From assembly GCA_903813345.2 (NCBI GenBank), contig CAIIXF020000001.1, positions 25,792,001 through 25,856,000 on the forward strand: DNA of 64,000 bases. Direction: 5' to 3'. Numbering within the stretch: the stretch's first letter is position 1; each line of letters starts with the position of its first letter. Of this stretch, positions 13,212 through 26,300 are shown one piece after another. Made by a program: the position numbers and the translations under genes. The notes beneath the pieces were generated by a model. It was not told where the DNA came from, did not search any database, and saw nothing but the letters and a program-made list of their open reading frames with translations. This DNA comes from Owenia fusiformis. Lineage: Eukaryota.

Positions 13212-16200
13212 CTAGCAAACCTTTGCAAACTTTGGTCCCTTTCCTATTAAAATATCTCCATACGCTTCAGTCTGTTTCACGGTGATAGAGTCTGTCTTAC
13301 GTAGCACTAGTAGTGAGTAGAATTTAGAAGCTGCCTGTTTGCGGGAATTTTTCACTAACAATTCCTGGAAGGTAAAGTCCTTACGTTTTTGTAGTGAACG
13401 TTGGAGTGTGTATAACATCTGTTGACTACGTTTGTTCCACCTTTGTTCATCTTGCTCCTCAGCTGTCAGGTTCTCATCGTTCACTTCTTCCTCCTGAAAT
13501 AGAAAATAAAATATTTGTATATGTGATTAAGGAGAAATAAAGCTTTTTATTATTTAATGAATATAGCAACAATTGGATCTAACCTAGATCTTAGTGTTAA
13601 TTAAGGCATCAATAGACCATTTTGGAAGGAAATTCACACAATTTTAGCTGAAATAAAAACTCCAAAAGATGCATTTTTTCTATTGACTCCTGGCTCCATT
13701 TTCATATTCGAGTTGCCTCTAGTTTTCTTCGCGACTTGCACCGCACGCTATGATACAATAAATCATATATTCTTGAACTTACATCTTCCCTCTCTACAGG
13801 TTTCACAGATTCAGGCATTTCAAGTGGAGGCATTTCAACTGGCATCTCCAGCTCTGGTTGTGCAAAAGTCTGATCTGGTAGAGGTTCTGGTTCAGGCTCC
13901 TGGAGTGGTGTCTTAGAGCCAGACTTGTCTCCCCTGGTGGATCTCCTAGATGGTTCCTTCTCCTTTGTGGATGTATCTACTCGTGAAGTCTCCTCTGTTA
14001 TAGTGGACAGCTCAGGAATGACGGATGTATCTTCAACTGAAAGATTAATGATATTAAGGTTATTTTCCTATTGCAAATATGATGATCTAGAGGTTCACAA
14101 CTTTACTAATTCTATCTTTTTAAATCGCTTTTGAATTCAACACTATGACAAGTACCTATGTGTAATACACTATAATTACCTGGTGGTTGTTGTTCTTCTG
14201 TCTGTTCTCTGTTTATTTCAGGAGATTCCAGCTCTAACCTGTCTTCTTCTTGTTCTTGCTCATCTGTTAGAGGTCGCGTCACCAAATTACGACCAAACAA
14301 CTGAAATAACAACGTTATACATTTAACATTGGTTCAAATGGTGACTAAGACACCAAACACTGAAAATGAATCTCTGGAAAAAATAAAGTAAATCAAAAAA
14401 ATTTGGATGTTAAGTTCCAAGAAAAAAATCAATCTTAGTATTTGTGAAGTACCCTTTAATCCAAATATATTTACCCTAGACAGCCTCTTGGAGGGAATAC
14501 TGCGACCTGGGAGGGAGAATAGCTTCTCAACACCACCAGTCTCCTTCCAGTGCATCAGTTTCTTAGTGGGTGGTGCCAGATCTAAGGTAGTTACAATATC
14601 TGAGGTGTCAGACAGTTGCATCTTCATCGTGTCACTAGCAATACCCTTGGCTTCATCTACAATCAGCTTCCTTTTCCTTTTGGCCTTTCTTTCAGTTCCT
14701 ATTCAAGAAAACAAGGCATGACAAAATCTCACCATCTGCAAGTAGTTACTGTAAGTTGGAGACTATAACAACATGTTACCACCATAAAAAAACGGAAGCA
14801 ATATAATAAGACACTAGACAACATTGAGAACACTTTCAATGAGAAAATATTATTAGGCCATCACTTTGATTTTTGAATGAAAACAATCTCACCATAATAA
14901 AATTTCAGTCTAAGATAGTCTTGCAAATCCCCATATCTACTTGGTGGAGGACAAAGTATTAGCAAGATCAAGTTTCTTACATGGGTGAAAAATTAACATA
15001 TCGCTCCTATAAATGAAAACTTCACCTACCTGCTACTGTGGTTACATCTAGGGGTTCAAGGGCAAAGGCCTCCTCCTCATTAGGCACTAGGGTTGTTTGG
15101 TCTGGCTGCACAGAAGATGCATGACTTGGAGCCTCTGTCTCTATGGTGTGGCCAAAAGTATCATGCTCTTCTGAATCTAGAGGTTTTTCTGCAAATAGAA
15201 ATGATCTTCTTCATTAAATTTTTATAAAATGTACACTAGCAGTTCAATTTGTCACACATATTTGAGTCAATACAAATATGAAATAATCAGCAAAGAAAAT
15301 TCTTTACTATTTGAATTTAATTATTTTTGGAAAATACATGTACCCTACTAAGTGCTTCTGTTTCATTTAACATCAGGTCACTGATTTTGCTTTGACTATC
15401 TAACACTTTGTGGATGAACAAGATTTGCATGACTTATATCACATGATAAAACACCATTTGTGGACGTCACTTTGGAAATCTTTTGCCTAACTCTTATCAA
15501 ATTTCCTTCAGGTCTTTGGCAACCCTTGGTTGCAAAGATTCTGTTTTGACAGATAAACTGGTGTTTACCTGATGTTTCCTTTTCAAGTTCAGGTTGTTTA
15601 CTGGTTGATGGTTCTACATCTTGGGCCATAGGTACCTCTGGCATTGGAGCATCTTGGAACAGCCCCCCATCAAAGTCACCTACAAGCATTAAGAAAGCAA
15701 TGTAAACATTCTGTACTGTATCCACAATATGTCTGTATTCTCAAAGAAATACAATGACGAGTCAATACCTCACATTTGATTTTTGCCTAAGTTTAAATAT
15801 TTTCACAAACAATGGAACAGCTCAGCAAAACAGAACATTGAAGAGAATAGTCACATCTATTACTTATGGCTTTTTGCGCTTTTAAAAAACATAATTTCGC
15901 TTCACACATTTATGAAAAATATGATAAATTCATAAATCCTGGTTACATAATATCATGCCATATAGTTACATACCAAACAGTTCATGGTCCATGCCTCCAC
16001 CAAAGTTGTCATCATCGTCTGAACTTTCTGCGCCAGGTGCATCATCATCTGATTATATAACAGGGTAATGTGGAACATGTTAACAATAGAACAGTGGAGT
16101 GAACTTACTACATATTTGTTATTAACTAATTAATGTATTTAATTCTTAACTATGTGTGTACATCAATAATAACAGCTTATAGTAATGAAACATTAATAGA

Positions 16201-18676
16201 TTTAACACCAGTGTGGGAATATGGCCTGAGACTGGACAAATAACTGATCTTAACAAAAATTTGCCCAGAGTGTTTCAAAGTGGTATTTGGACAAAATTTA
16301 CAAGACACAAATTTCCCACACTGTTAGTTACACCATGCTCTCACATCATGTGATCAAAATATTATGGTTAATTTAAATAACTTTTGAATATATCTGTTAG
16401 ATTGTTATATTAATTGTAAATAAATAAAATGTCAAACTTGATAAAATATTTAGAACTATCAAAATTGAGCATATCACTCAAAAAATGTTGAATCTCCCCA
16501 TATAGCATTTTCAGTGAACTCCAATGATATTTCAGATCTATCCATAATGAGATTTTTTCATAAGTATCAAAGAGAGAGTCAATATTTGAGTTGGGTGATA
16601 CAAAATTATGATCAATTAAAGTTCTATTCATACCTAGCATATCTGCCCCACCCATACTTCCACCAAAACCATCGTCTTGTATAGGCGCTTGGAATGGATC
16701 CACTTCCATGGATTTCTCTGGAGGTGCTATGACAGAGGAATCATCTTTCTTATGTGAACTATCAAGAAGAATACTGGAAGATCCTGGTTTCTTGAAAAGG
16801 GAGTCATCTATGTGTTCATCACGCAAAAGCTCTCTGTCATCAAACCCAATGTCACCTACAATCAAATCAAGTTTTGTGAAATTACCAGCTTAAAATTACT
16901 CAAATTACTTCTACTTCAATTATTCTATCAAAATGACAAAATGGTTATACATTATCAGGCTAAGTTACACGTTTAAATTTGAGGCAAAAATTATCTTCAT
17001 CACCATCAGTTACTGTTTCTTAAACTTATCTTAATTAGGTAAGCAAAGGCATCAATCCTAACACGAAAGATGAAAAGTTTTGATTTAGAATAATTTATAT
17101 AGGACAAAGAACAGAATGACTCACCAAAACCATCATCATTGACTAGAGTAATATTTCCAAAGTCTTCCCTCATTGTAATTTCTTCTGGACGGCTCTGGTT
17201 AACTGAGAACTGTGCCTGCACATCTATATCACTAGAAATGGAGCAAATCAATTTGACTAAAACTTAAACTATTCTGAAACCTCGATTGTTCAGACATGTT
17301 ACTATACAATTATTTTTCAACTACTTATAATACTTTACTCAGAAAGCTACTAATTTCTTGGATATAATATTAAGAAATACATATGATATATAAGATACAA
17401 TGATACATATGATATCTAAGATAAAATGCAACTTACTTAAGATCTGCGAGTGTTGTGTCAAAGTCATGGAAGTTTTCAGGTAATGTGATAGCAGCAACTG
17501 CAGCTTCTCTATTGTCTTCAGGTAGATCAACTACACCTGGTCTGAACGCCATCTTAATCTTGACAAATGCCTCATTACAATCTGCTAGGAGATACTTGGC
17601 CTTTCTAGAGTAGATTCTCACCACACCAAGCAACAAGTGACCAGATGTACGTAAGGCCATCTTTACCTGGAGAGACAAGTAATTTATAATCAAAAGCAAG
17701 AATTAAATCATCAAAACCATTCTTCCAAAGATATATAATGTTGATCGATTTCTCCTGTGTTGCAACATACATATCATTATACTTGTAAATGCATGGTTGG
17801 ATCATAGCAAATTCGCTTCCTGATTTGACATTTTACTCCAAAAACTTGGTGGGCGGGAACAAATGATTGCTACCTCAAATCTTAACCAAAGAATCTCATG
17901 TATTTCAACCCTTCCATCGCATAGAATCAATGGAACTTACCACTCCGTTATTTTTTCATCATGTTTCCGATAGCGACAAACAATCTCAATGCTGATTGGT
18001 TGATATGAATCCATAGTGAAACATACCGAGATTCTCATGAGTCAAAAATGGTTATTTCGTTCAGTACAAAAAGCGGGAATAACCGGGGATTTGTTATAAG
18101 ACAAGATTGAGACAGATATCAGTCTAAAAAATGGTATTTTTGTTGCTACCTGAATATGGCAATTTGCTACTTGTTTTTGTAGACAGCACAGGAAAACATC
18201 ATGAAAAAAATATCATGCTTTCTAGAAGGTTTGAGAGATTTTATACCATGTTCAGATGAAAAGTTGAGACATAGTGATTCTAGAGGTATATCTGCATGGT
18301 ATGGTCAATGTTTCTACAAAAAGGAAAAAAAACATATTCTGTCAAAACGTCGAAACAAATGAGTACTTACAAGTCTCCTCCCCCCCGAAAATACTCTCAT
18401 AACGTCATTAACTTCAGTAAGTTTATGACTTATAAAAGAATGGGCTGTGGACGGTAGCAAATCCTTGCGTAAAAAAAGTTAAGGTCAGTCCCTGGCATGC
18501 ATTTAATTTTTTTGCAGATGATCAGTGCTTACCTTAGGCTCTATGATGGCTTCTACACTGCTCTCTACATTGGTTTCAAACACATGAGCCTTGGTCAGCT
18601 TTTTATCCCAATGAGCTGCCAGCCAGATTCTAGCCAATGGCCCCTTCTTACTCAGCACAAAATGAGCATAAAACAT
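13212..18676 (-). CDS. RAD21: Cohesin kleisin subunit RAD21 (Scc1), 11 coding exons, ~642 aa
   Basis: Exons (minus): 18533-18676, 17437-17666, 17125-17231, 16634-16855, 15974-16048, 15569-15679, 15030-15188, 14475-14698, 14180-14300, 13783-14036, 13212-13493. Total 1929 nt, phases consistent, GT-AG. Motifs: N-terminal [46 protein letters not shown], central [26 protein letters not shown]-terminal winged helix [14 protein letters not shown], and separase-type ExxR sites DRELLR, PEINR, KEPSR. Confidence 0.97.
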
Positions 18677-18952
18677 GATGCTATTCTCCTTTTACACCAG
18701 ATTGTAGTTATACTGAAAGCAAAAAATATTACTGTTTTATAGCTTCTAGTCAAAAGAATTATATCATGGTAAAATGGATTGACCTGTACAGGCAATCTAA
18801 CAAGCCATTTCAAAGATTTATTTTTCATAGTTGTCAAGGGAACCTCAAATTTAAAGTTTGTTGACTATGAAAGTGATATCGAACAAATACATTCTCTGAT
18901 AGAACTTCTATGAAAGATGCACAGTGTACAAAATCACTTTTTGTGTGACTAC

Positions 18953-19743
18953 CACTGCTCCCAGGATTCCGTGTTTGCAGAGCGCGGACGGAATTTGCCT
19001 CTGCCCGCGGAATTGCAGAATCAACTATTTTGGTCAATTTCCGCGGAATTTTCCGCAGAATCCATATATTTTCCAAAAGTTTAAAAAGTCAGTCTTACCT
19101 GTAACAATTTGACACGTTTTCAGTCAAATCCCTTGCAGAAATAACCCAAATTATGCGAAGTGAAAATTCTAAACGCCATCGTTTGATTTCTGCCGTTAGA
19201 TGGCAGCATGTATGTAGTGACTGAGACTGACTACCTGACTATCACGATATTTTCCCGTTTACTGGTTCGAAAACCATTAGTTTTTCTTTCGGTTCTCGTC
19301 AGAAAGTTAAACAAAGACATAAATTAATAACAGTTATTTATATTATTAAGTTATTGATCGAAAACTTCGAACTCCAATGAGATATTACACTTAAAACCTG
19401 ATTTACATATATCGTGATTCCCATTATGCGCCCGATCCTCCGTGTTTGAAGTTTCGAAAAATGTGAAATTTGATTAATTACAGCATTTTCATGGAAATGG
19501 AACTTTCAGTGGTCAAATTTGTTTGTGGCAGGGTTTAACATGTAGGAATATGATTATCAAATCATGTTTTTAGAATATATGATACTGTTCTTGTTAAACC
19601 AATCTTGATTTTTTTATAATAACCGTAAAAAATGCCGCGGATATCCGCTGAATTTCTGCAGAATTAGCCCTTTCTTCTTGCAGAATTCACTAATTTCACT
19701 TGCAGAATTGAGCATTTTAACTTGCAGAAAACTGGGGGGAGTG
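18953..19743. mobile_element. hAT-like MITE with 6-bp TSD in the RAD21 5' intron
   Basis: TIR CACTGCTCCCAG / CTGGGGGGAGTG (10/12 match), TSD GACTAC on both sides, repeated GCGGAA/GCAGAA subterminal motifs. Confidence 0.7.
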
Positions 19744-20213
19744 GACTACATTGTACAACGAACCCCATGACTTTTTTGAACCGCATGCAATTTTATTAGT
19801 CTAAAAACATTGGCATCACTGCACTCACAATTTTAGAACAATCGTTGTTCGCTGCATTAGCAATGTTACGTCCATTGCATCAGTTTGAAAGATTTATCAC
19901 TTACAACAATATATAAACACTAACAAGATGTTTCGATATCAACCTCCTTAAATATATATAACAATTGATTAGAACGGGGATATAAGCTGATAATCTGCAA
20001 ATGTGTTCATAAAGGTATGTTTTATATAATTGTGCAATAACAACTGTGCATGTGTCACCATGATTTACAAATACTGAATATCAGGGTGACTGTAAAGAAT
20101 CACTCAAAGCCGGAATATAGAGAAGGCTTTGGACCTAAAGTAAGGCTAGGTAATAGTATATAACTAGGCCAAATCCAGTCCCCATTGGATGTAGGCTCAA
20201 TGAAGTACTTTAC

Positions 20214-20793
20214 TCAAATCACTTATTCTGGTGACCAGTTCATATGGTTAAAATTAGTGTTGTCGCGATGTGCCATCATCGTACATCGAGAAAAAGTCCA
20301 CTGAAATACCGAACGCCAATGCACTAAAATACCGAATAGAACAAATTAATAAGAGTATGCTGGTACATCCGGGAACTTCTAGTAACGGTAAAATGAAAGT
20401 AAAGTAATTTTTAGATTAATGGTTCACTTCGACTAACTAAAACAGTTTTAAAGCGAAAGAATATCAGAAAACATTGGAAAATGAAATAAGACATGAGAAA
20501 GGTAAGCGATTTGTGTCAAAATAAGATAAGGGAAAATTTTTAGCAAATTAAATTTTTTTTAAAAACAGACATCGATGCATCGCCAGAATCAGCTTAGGCG
20601 ATGTATATCGCGATGTATCGATTAATCGCGACAACACTAGTTAAAATAACGAAATGATCTAATGTTAACATGTGTCTACTTACCAGTTTGTTCTATGTCA
20701 TCCGACTATGTAACTGGTAAGTAGACACATGGTAACATCACATCATTTCGTTATTTTAACCATATGAACTGGTCACCAGAATAAGTGATTTGA
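20214..20793. repeat. Hairpin repeat with ~80-bp arms after removing the nested MITE
   Basis: TCAAATCACTTATTCTGGTGACCAGTTCATATGGTTAAAATAACGAAATGAT...TCTACTTACCAGTT is mirrored at 20713-20793. A diverged half copy lies at ~58005-58101. Confidence 0.75.
20255..20639. mobile_element. hAT-family MITE nested in a palindromic repeat
   Basis: TIR TAGTGTTGTCGCGAT / ATCGCGACAACACTA with 8-bp TSD GTTAAAAT (20247-20254, 20640-20647). Confidence 0.9.
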
Positions 20794-20827
20794 CGCTAAG
20801 ACAAGAAGCGTAGGAGATGGTCTTGGG

Positions 20828-22328
20828 ACTTACTCACTTCGAGAGCCATGTTTGATTTTGAAACTTATGGCTCTCAAACGGGGAAGTGAACAGCTGATTA
20901 AAAGTGACCTTTGAAATCGAATTAAGTCGATCCGCGGCTTACTTTTGGTCCATTACTGTGTCTTACATCAGTATCATCAATCCGTGTAAGTATTGGAGCG
21001 CTGAAGTACTTCCTTTTCGATCAAGACTTGTAATTGTTAGTTGAGTGAATGTTTTTACTGCTAAATTCCAATATGGCGTTTTCTGCTCGGACATTTTTGT
21101 AAATCTCTGGAGGTTGTCCGAACCTAACTAATTCTCAAAATTAATTTCGTTCGTTCCGTATCTCGCTCCTAGCAAACCGCCATATTGGAAATAGGTCTAA
21201 AAAACATTCACTCGATGAACAATTTACAAGTCTTGATCAAAAAAGAACTATTTCAGCGCTCTAATACTTACACGGATTGATGATACTGATGTAAGACACA
21301 GTTAGATCTAGAGACCAAAAGTAAGCCGCGGATCGACTTCATTTGATTTCAAAGGTCACAATCATTCAGCTGTCCAAATGCTCCGTGGGAAAGCTACTAT
21401 ATCAAAATCCAAATAGCTTTCGCAGGAAGTAACTTGGGACTAGATAAGAAGCAGCCTAGGGTTAGATAACTGGACCAGAAAGGTTTGGAGTTACTTCCTG
21501 CGAAAGCTATTTGGATTTTGATATAATAGCTTTCCCACGGAGCATTTGGACAGCTCAATGATCGTGACCTTTGAAATCGAATTAAGTCGATCCGTGGCTT
21601 ACTTTTGGTCTCTAACTGTGTCTTACATCAGTATCATCAATCCGTGTAAGTATTGGAGCGCTGGAGTACTTCTTTTTCGATCAAGACTTGTAATTGTTAG
21701 TCGAGTGAATCGTTTTACTGCCAAATTCCAATATGGCAGTTTCTGCTCGGACATTTTCGTAAATCTCCGGAGGTTGTCCGAACCTAACTAATTCTCAAAA
21801 TTCATTTCGTTCGTTGCGTATCTCGCACCTAGCAAACAGCCATATTGGAAATAGGTCTAAAAAACTTTCACTCGATGAACAATTTACAAGTCTTGATCGA
21901 TAAAGAAGTACTCCAGCGCTCCAATACAGTTGGGGACAAAAATAAATGACAGGTCGATTTTCGATCACCATTTCCTAATTATGGTGGTCTGAAAGCCCAT
22001 AATTTCCAATATTGTCTAGATATATATCCCTTAAAATTTGTATATTTTACATTTTGTATAATCTCATCCACTGATGTATGGCCTCTTGTAAATTCTCTTA
22101 TTTTTAACATGGGAAATCCTCACTTCAGCAAATCCACCTGTCATTTATTTATGTCCCCAACTGTACTTACACGGATTGGTGATACTGATGTAAGACACAG
22201 TTAGAGACCAAAAGTAAGCCGCGGATCGACTTAATTCGATTTCAAAGGTCACTATTGATCAGCTGTTCACTTCTCCGTTTGAGAGCCATACGTTTCAAAA
22301 TCTAACATGGCTCTCGAAGTGAGTAAGT
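20828..22328. mobile_element. Dimer of a ~600-bp long-TIR foldback MITE
   Basis: Unit 1 is ~20828-21434 and unit 2 is ~21489-22328 (including a nested MITE). Each unit has ~190-bp near-perfect inverted arms plus diverged terminal modules carrying small hairpins. Confidence 0.75.
21927..22163. mobile_element. Tc1/mariner-type MITE
   Basis: TIR CAGTTGGGGACAAAAATAAATGACAGGT / ACCTGTCATTTATTTATGTCCCCAACTG with TA TSD. Interrupts the CCAATA|CTTACACGG sequence that is intact in unit 1. Confidence 0.88.
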
Positions 22329-22584
22329 TTGGAGGATTTGGTGACCTACTTTTATTTAGCCTAGGCCTACATCTCTGTACACTAGGCATATGCACTAGCC
22401 TAGGCTAGTATAGAAATCTAGCTCGACATGAGTAAATATATAAAGACGTTTTTATTCATAATTTCAATATCTATCGTAAATGAAAAAATAAAGGAACAGA
22501 TTGATGAGAAATTCTTGAAATTTTTATTATTTTTCTTGGCGATGTTCGGCATGAAAGTTCCCCGTTTATTTTCAAAAAACTTAC

Positions 22585-23321
22585 CTCAAGAAGACGTTTC
22601 TGAAATGCCTGATTACATCTGCAATCTTGCTGCATACACAATATGTTCAGATCTTATATAATATCGTTGATATCTTGAAAATATGTGAGCAAGTACTATC
22701 AATTTTGTCCAAGATGGCGTCACTCTGTGTTCCCGCTCAAGAAAATGTTCGAAAATGGCCGATTCACGTAAAAATAATTACGCACGGAATCAAGTACTAT
22801 GAATGAAAACTTGATATCGTTGCATAAGCAGGTATCATATGCCAATTATTTTTGAAGTTAATGGTGAAATAATATAATGCCCTGATATTTAATGTATAAA
22901 AGTATACAGATCGCTTCAACGTGAATCTATATGTTGACCTAGATATGTGTAACAGCGGATTGATATTTTGCAATCAAAACACAAACCAAACACATTTATT
23001 GATTAGCTCCAATTTCTCTCTATTTCTTTGTAAAAACGCCTAAAATTTGTTGAAGATGCATTGAATTATGATACTTATGAATCAAGTAATAATAAACGAA
23101 CTGCGAAATTGATCATATTGCAGGATATCACAAGAAATTGGCGTCTGAACAGCATGACCTTTAAAGGTCATCAAAGGGGTCAACATGTACTCTGACGTCA
23201 CGTGATACCAATATTTTCAAGATGGTGAGAGTAAAAAAAGCTTGAGTTGCAAATCTTTTTATAATTTGATGAATGTAGAAGGGATCCGCACTAAAATTGA
23301 TAACAGACAATCACATGAACA
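22585..23321. promoter_or_regulatory. Putative bidirectional promoter: RAD21 non-coding exon 1 (minus, donor at 22585) and the Bfr1-like gene (plus)
   Basis: Minus-strand donor GAG|GTAAGT at 22585 and an acceptor upstream of the RAD21 ATG exon at 18712. YY1-like CAAGATGGCG at 22710, CRE/E-box TGACGTCACGTGA at 23193-23205, and locally more CpG. The exon assignment is inferred. Confidence 0.5.
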
Positions 23322-26300
23322 ATGGCTAGTGCTGAAGAAAGCACTGAGGGAGAAGAAAAAGCTGTTGATAAAGAGGCGGTTGCTGCAGGTAAGTTTGTAA
23401 ACATGTGTCCTGATGAATCACAACTTTTGGCGAGAAATCATTTCTGGAATTTATTGTTTCATCATCAGTTTAGAATCAATGATTCAGTTAGGAGTCTTTC
23501 TAACTGAGCCCTGGATTTGTGCATTTATTCATCCATATTAGCTCTACTTCACTTGCATGTTTCTCTCAATTTTTATATCACAACTTTCTGTTTTTTGCTT
23601 TTCTGCCACTGGATTTCCAGTAGATGTCTAAGTTCAATAAGAATTTATGGTAGTTTACTGTAATTGACCCAACTTGTTTCCATTCTGTTGGTTTGAGTGA
23701 CCACAACATTGTAGGTGAACATCTATAGTTCCAAAGACCCTCTGATTATTGCAATCTGTGAACCCTTCCCAAGGCATTTGATAAGGGTCACGTAGGGCCG
23801 TGCCATTCGACCGGAATCGGTCCGAACCGCGGACTTTTGTTAAAATACCGGAATTCGGAATTTTAATATCATGTTCCGAAGGGTTTCGGAACAATATCGG
23901 ACCCTTACCTTAGTACTTGCTTTGAATCGTTAATATCCGTGACCATTGTTCCTCCAGTGATGTTTTCCTTCAAACTACATCCAATTTGCATGTGTATTAC
24001 TCGCATAAACAAAATAAATAGCGGAGAAATCAACAGAAATCAAGTTTTGTTTTACGAACTTTGACCTTCGGATTTCATTGGAAGTAGGAATCGACGGGGC
24101 GAAAATACTCATAGATAAATGAATAAATTTACTTTTCCATGACGTCTTACAATCTAACAGCGTTAATTAATTACATTTTAACTCTTACAATATATATATG
24201 CCGCCATTTTGTTCACTTTAACATTTGAATCGTTAATTTTGGTCTTACTTTCAAACGAAAAAGCAGTTTGAATTCAAATTTTGTAATCAAGACATCAAGA
24301 ACATCGAGAGAGCATCGATGTTGCATTCTGGGACCCAATCCTCCTTGGGTTTCACAGTTTTTCAATTTCGTTGATTTCGTTTCAAAACTTTTTCAATTAC
24401 GCATGCGCATTATGGTCAGAGCAGCCGGAAGTGAAAACAAGTAGAAAAAAGATCGAATTTTCTCTCTTTTTACAGATTTTAGAGTCTATTTCTTTCGTAA
24501 AAACATTCAAACTTGCTTGACAGGAAAGGTAAGTGTTAACCTGACAAACTTGGACGACGATATCGTCATGATCGCCGTCGAACTCACTCATACATAATTA
24601 TTTTCATTTGTGAACCAAAAGGGGTTCCGAAAGTTCCGATTCCGTGAGACCAAGTTCCGGTTCCGATTCCGAACCGTCCGAACCGGTTCCGGCACAGCCC
24701 TATTTAAAGGGTGTGTCTTACTCGAGTCTCTAGCTTACAGCTAGATGTAACTTCATTGATTTCGTATGTAATCGTATTTCGTATGTAAAAATGCTACACG
24801 CACCTAGAAATCATTTTTAATAAATTTTATAAATATATTTAAGAATATTAATTATATTTAGGATGAAGCATTGCATGTCTGGATTTAGATATTTCAAAAT
24901 TTCTTTTCGGAGTTCGACAGATGGTGAAATTTACTCGCTGTAGCTAAAAATGGCTTCCGGTTCCGAACGTGAATAAATGGAGGAAACTTTGAAATTATTC
25001 TCGCTAAAAGAAATCAAATATAACAATAGATTCAGACGGAGATGTGTGCTGATGTTTCTCAAATCTATACATAAAGGTATATTTCATATTATTATGCCGT
25101 ATTTACTGTGCGTGTGACACAATGATTTACAATATTTACAATACCAAGGCAGCTCAATCTTTCGACTCAAAGCCGGAATATAGAGAAGGCTTTGGACCGA
25201 AGTAAGGTGTGTCCATCTTACAAGAATATCTCAGAGTAATAGACATATTTTCTTGCTGAGAAAATTGCCATTGATATCTGTTATAAATTGGGAAATGTTT
25301 TGGCTGTGTGCATTGCAACTCCAAAATCTACGTTAAATTCAATTTTGAAAGCTTCTTTGCAATCGTCCAATGATCTCTATGATTTCCAAGAAAACCATTT
25401 TGACCTCCCCATTGTAAAATCAACATTTTTCTCTTAGCTCAAAATTTTAATTCCGGGTTAATGACTTAAAGAAGTTCCGTAATTAATGGCTTCCTAATTT
25501 GAGTCTCATGTTAATTATTTTCAGGTACACATAATTACTCATTCTATACATGGTCTAAGACATTCAGTTCGGCACTAAGAGTGTGTATAAATAGCATTAA
25601 TAAACATTTTACTTAAAATTAAAAAGGAGAAAATTCAGTGACCTACATTTTTTCCCTTTTGAAAAATAGGTCACTGAGATTTTCTTTATTTTCATACATT
25701 GAAGAAAAATATTCACCCTCTCATGATGTAGATTGTAGATACATAAATGTACTTTTTGTGCAAAACTGAAAGATGTACGTGTAAACCATGTATGGAATGA
25801 AGGTGCATTAATGACACCTTTATACCCTACCCTTTCGCGCCTTTTGAAAATACAACAGGAATTCAGAAAAGGTATTTTTTCAACCAATTATTTCTTATCG
25901 ATCAGTGTAATTAATTATTTTGTGACTATCCAGAAAATTATTAATTTTGTCATACAGTTGTGAAATTAACACCTGTAGAATAAGAGTTGTCAATTGGTAT
26001 ATAGATAAATTAAAATCACACATCCATTTGTAAAAAATGAAGGAATACCAAAATTTTCCCCACTCACTAATAATGCTCATGTTTAACTGTTTGATTAATT
26101 ATCCCATCGAACAAAGTTCGGAGGGCTATAACTCAAATACCGTTGGCCAGATTTTGTTCATATTTTGTACACATATACCCTATGGGGGTAGAAGTTCTGC
26201 TTTAAAGCCGATGGTTTAAAAATGGCGGCCATTTTAGTGCCGATTTCACAGTAATTTAGGTGCAATATGTAAAACTGTAATAGCTATATGTTTTAAATGT

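Noticed and set aside
13212-18676. Meiotic REC8 or RAD21L identity
   Set aside because: The N-terminus, central [15 protein letters not shown] block and C-terminus follow mitotic RAD21 closely.
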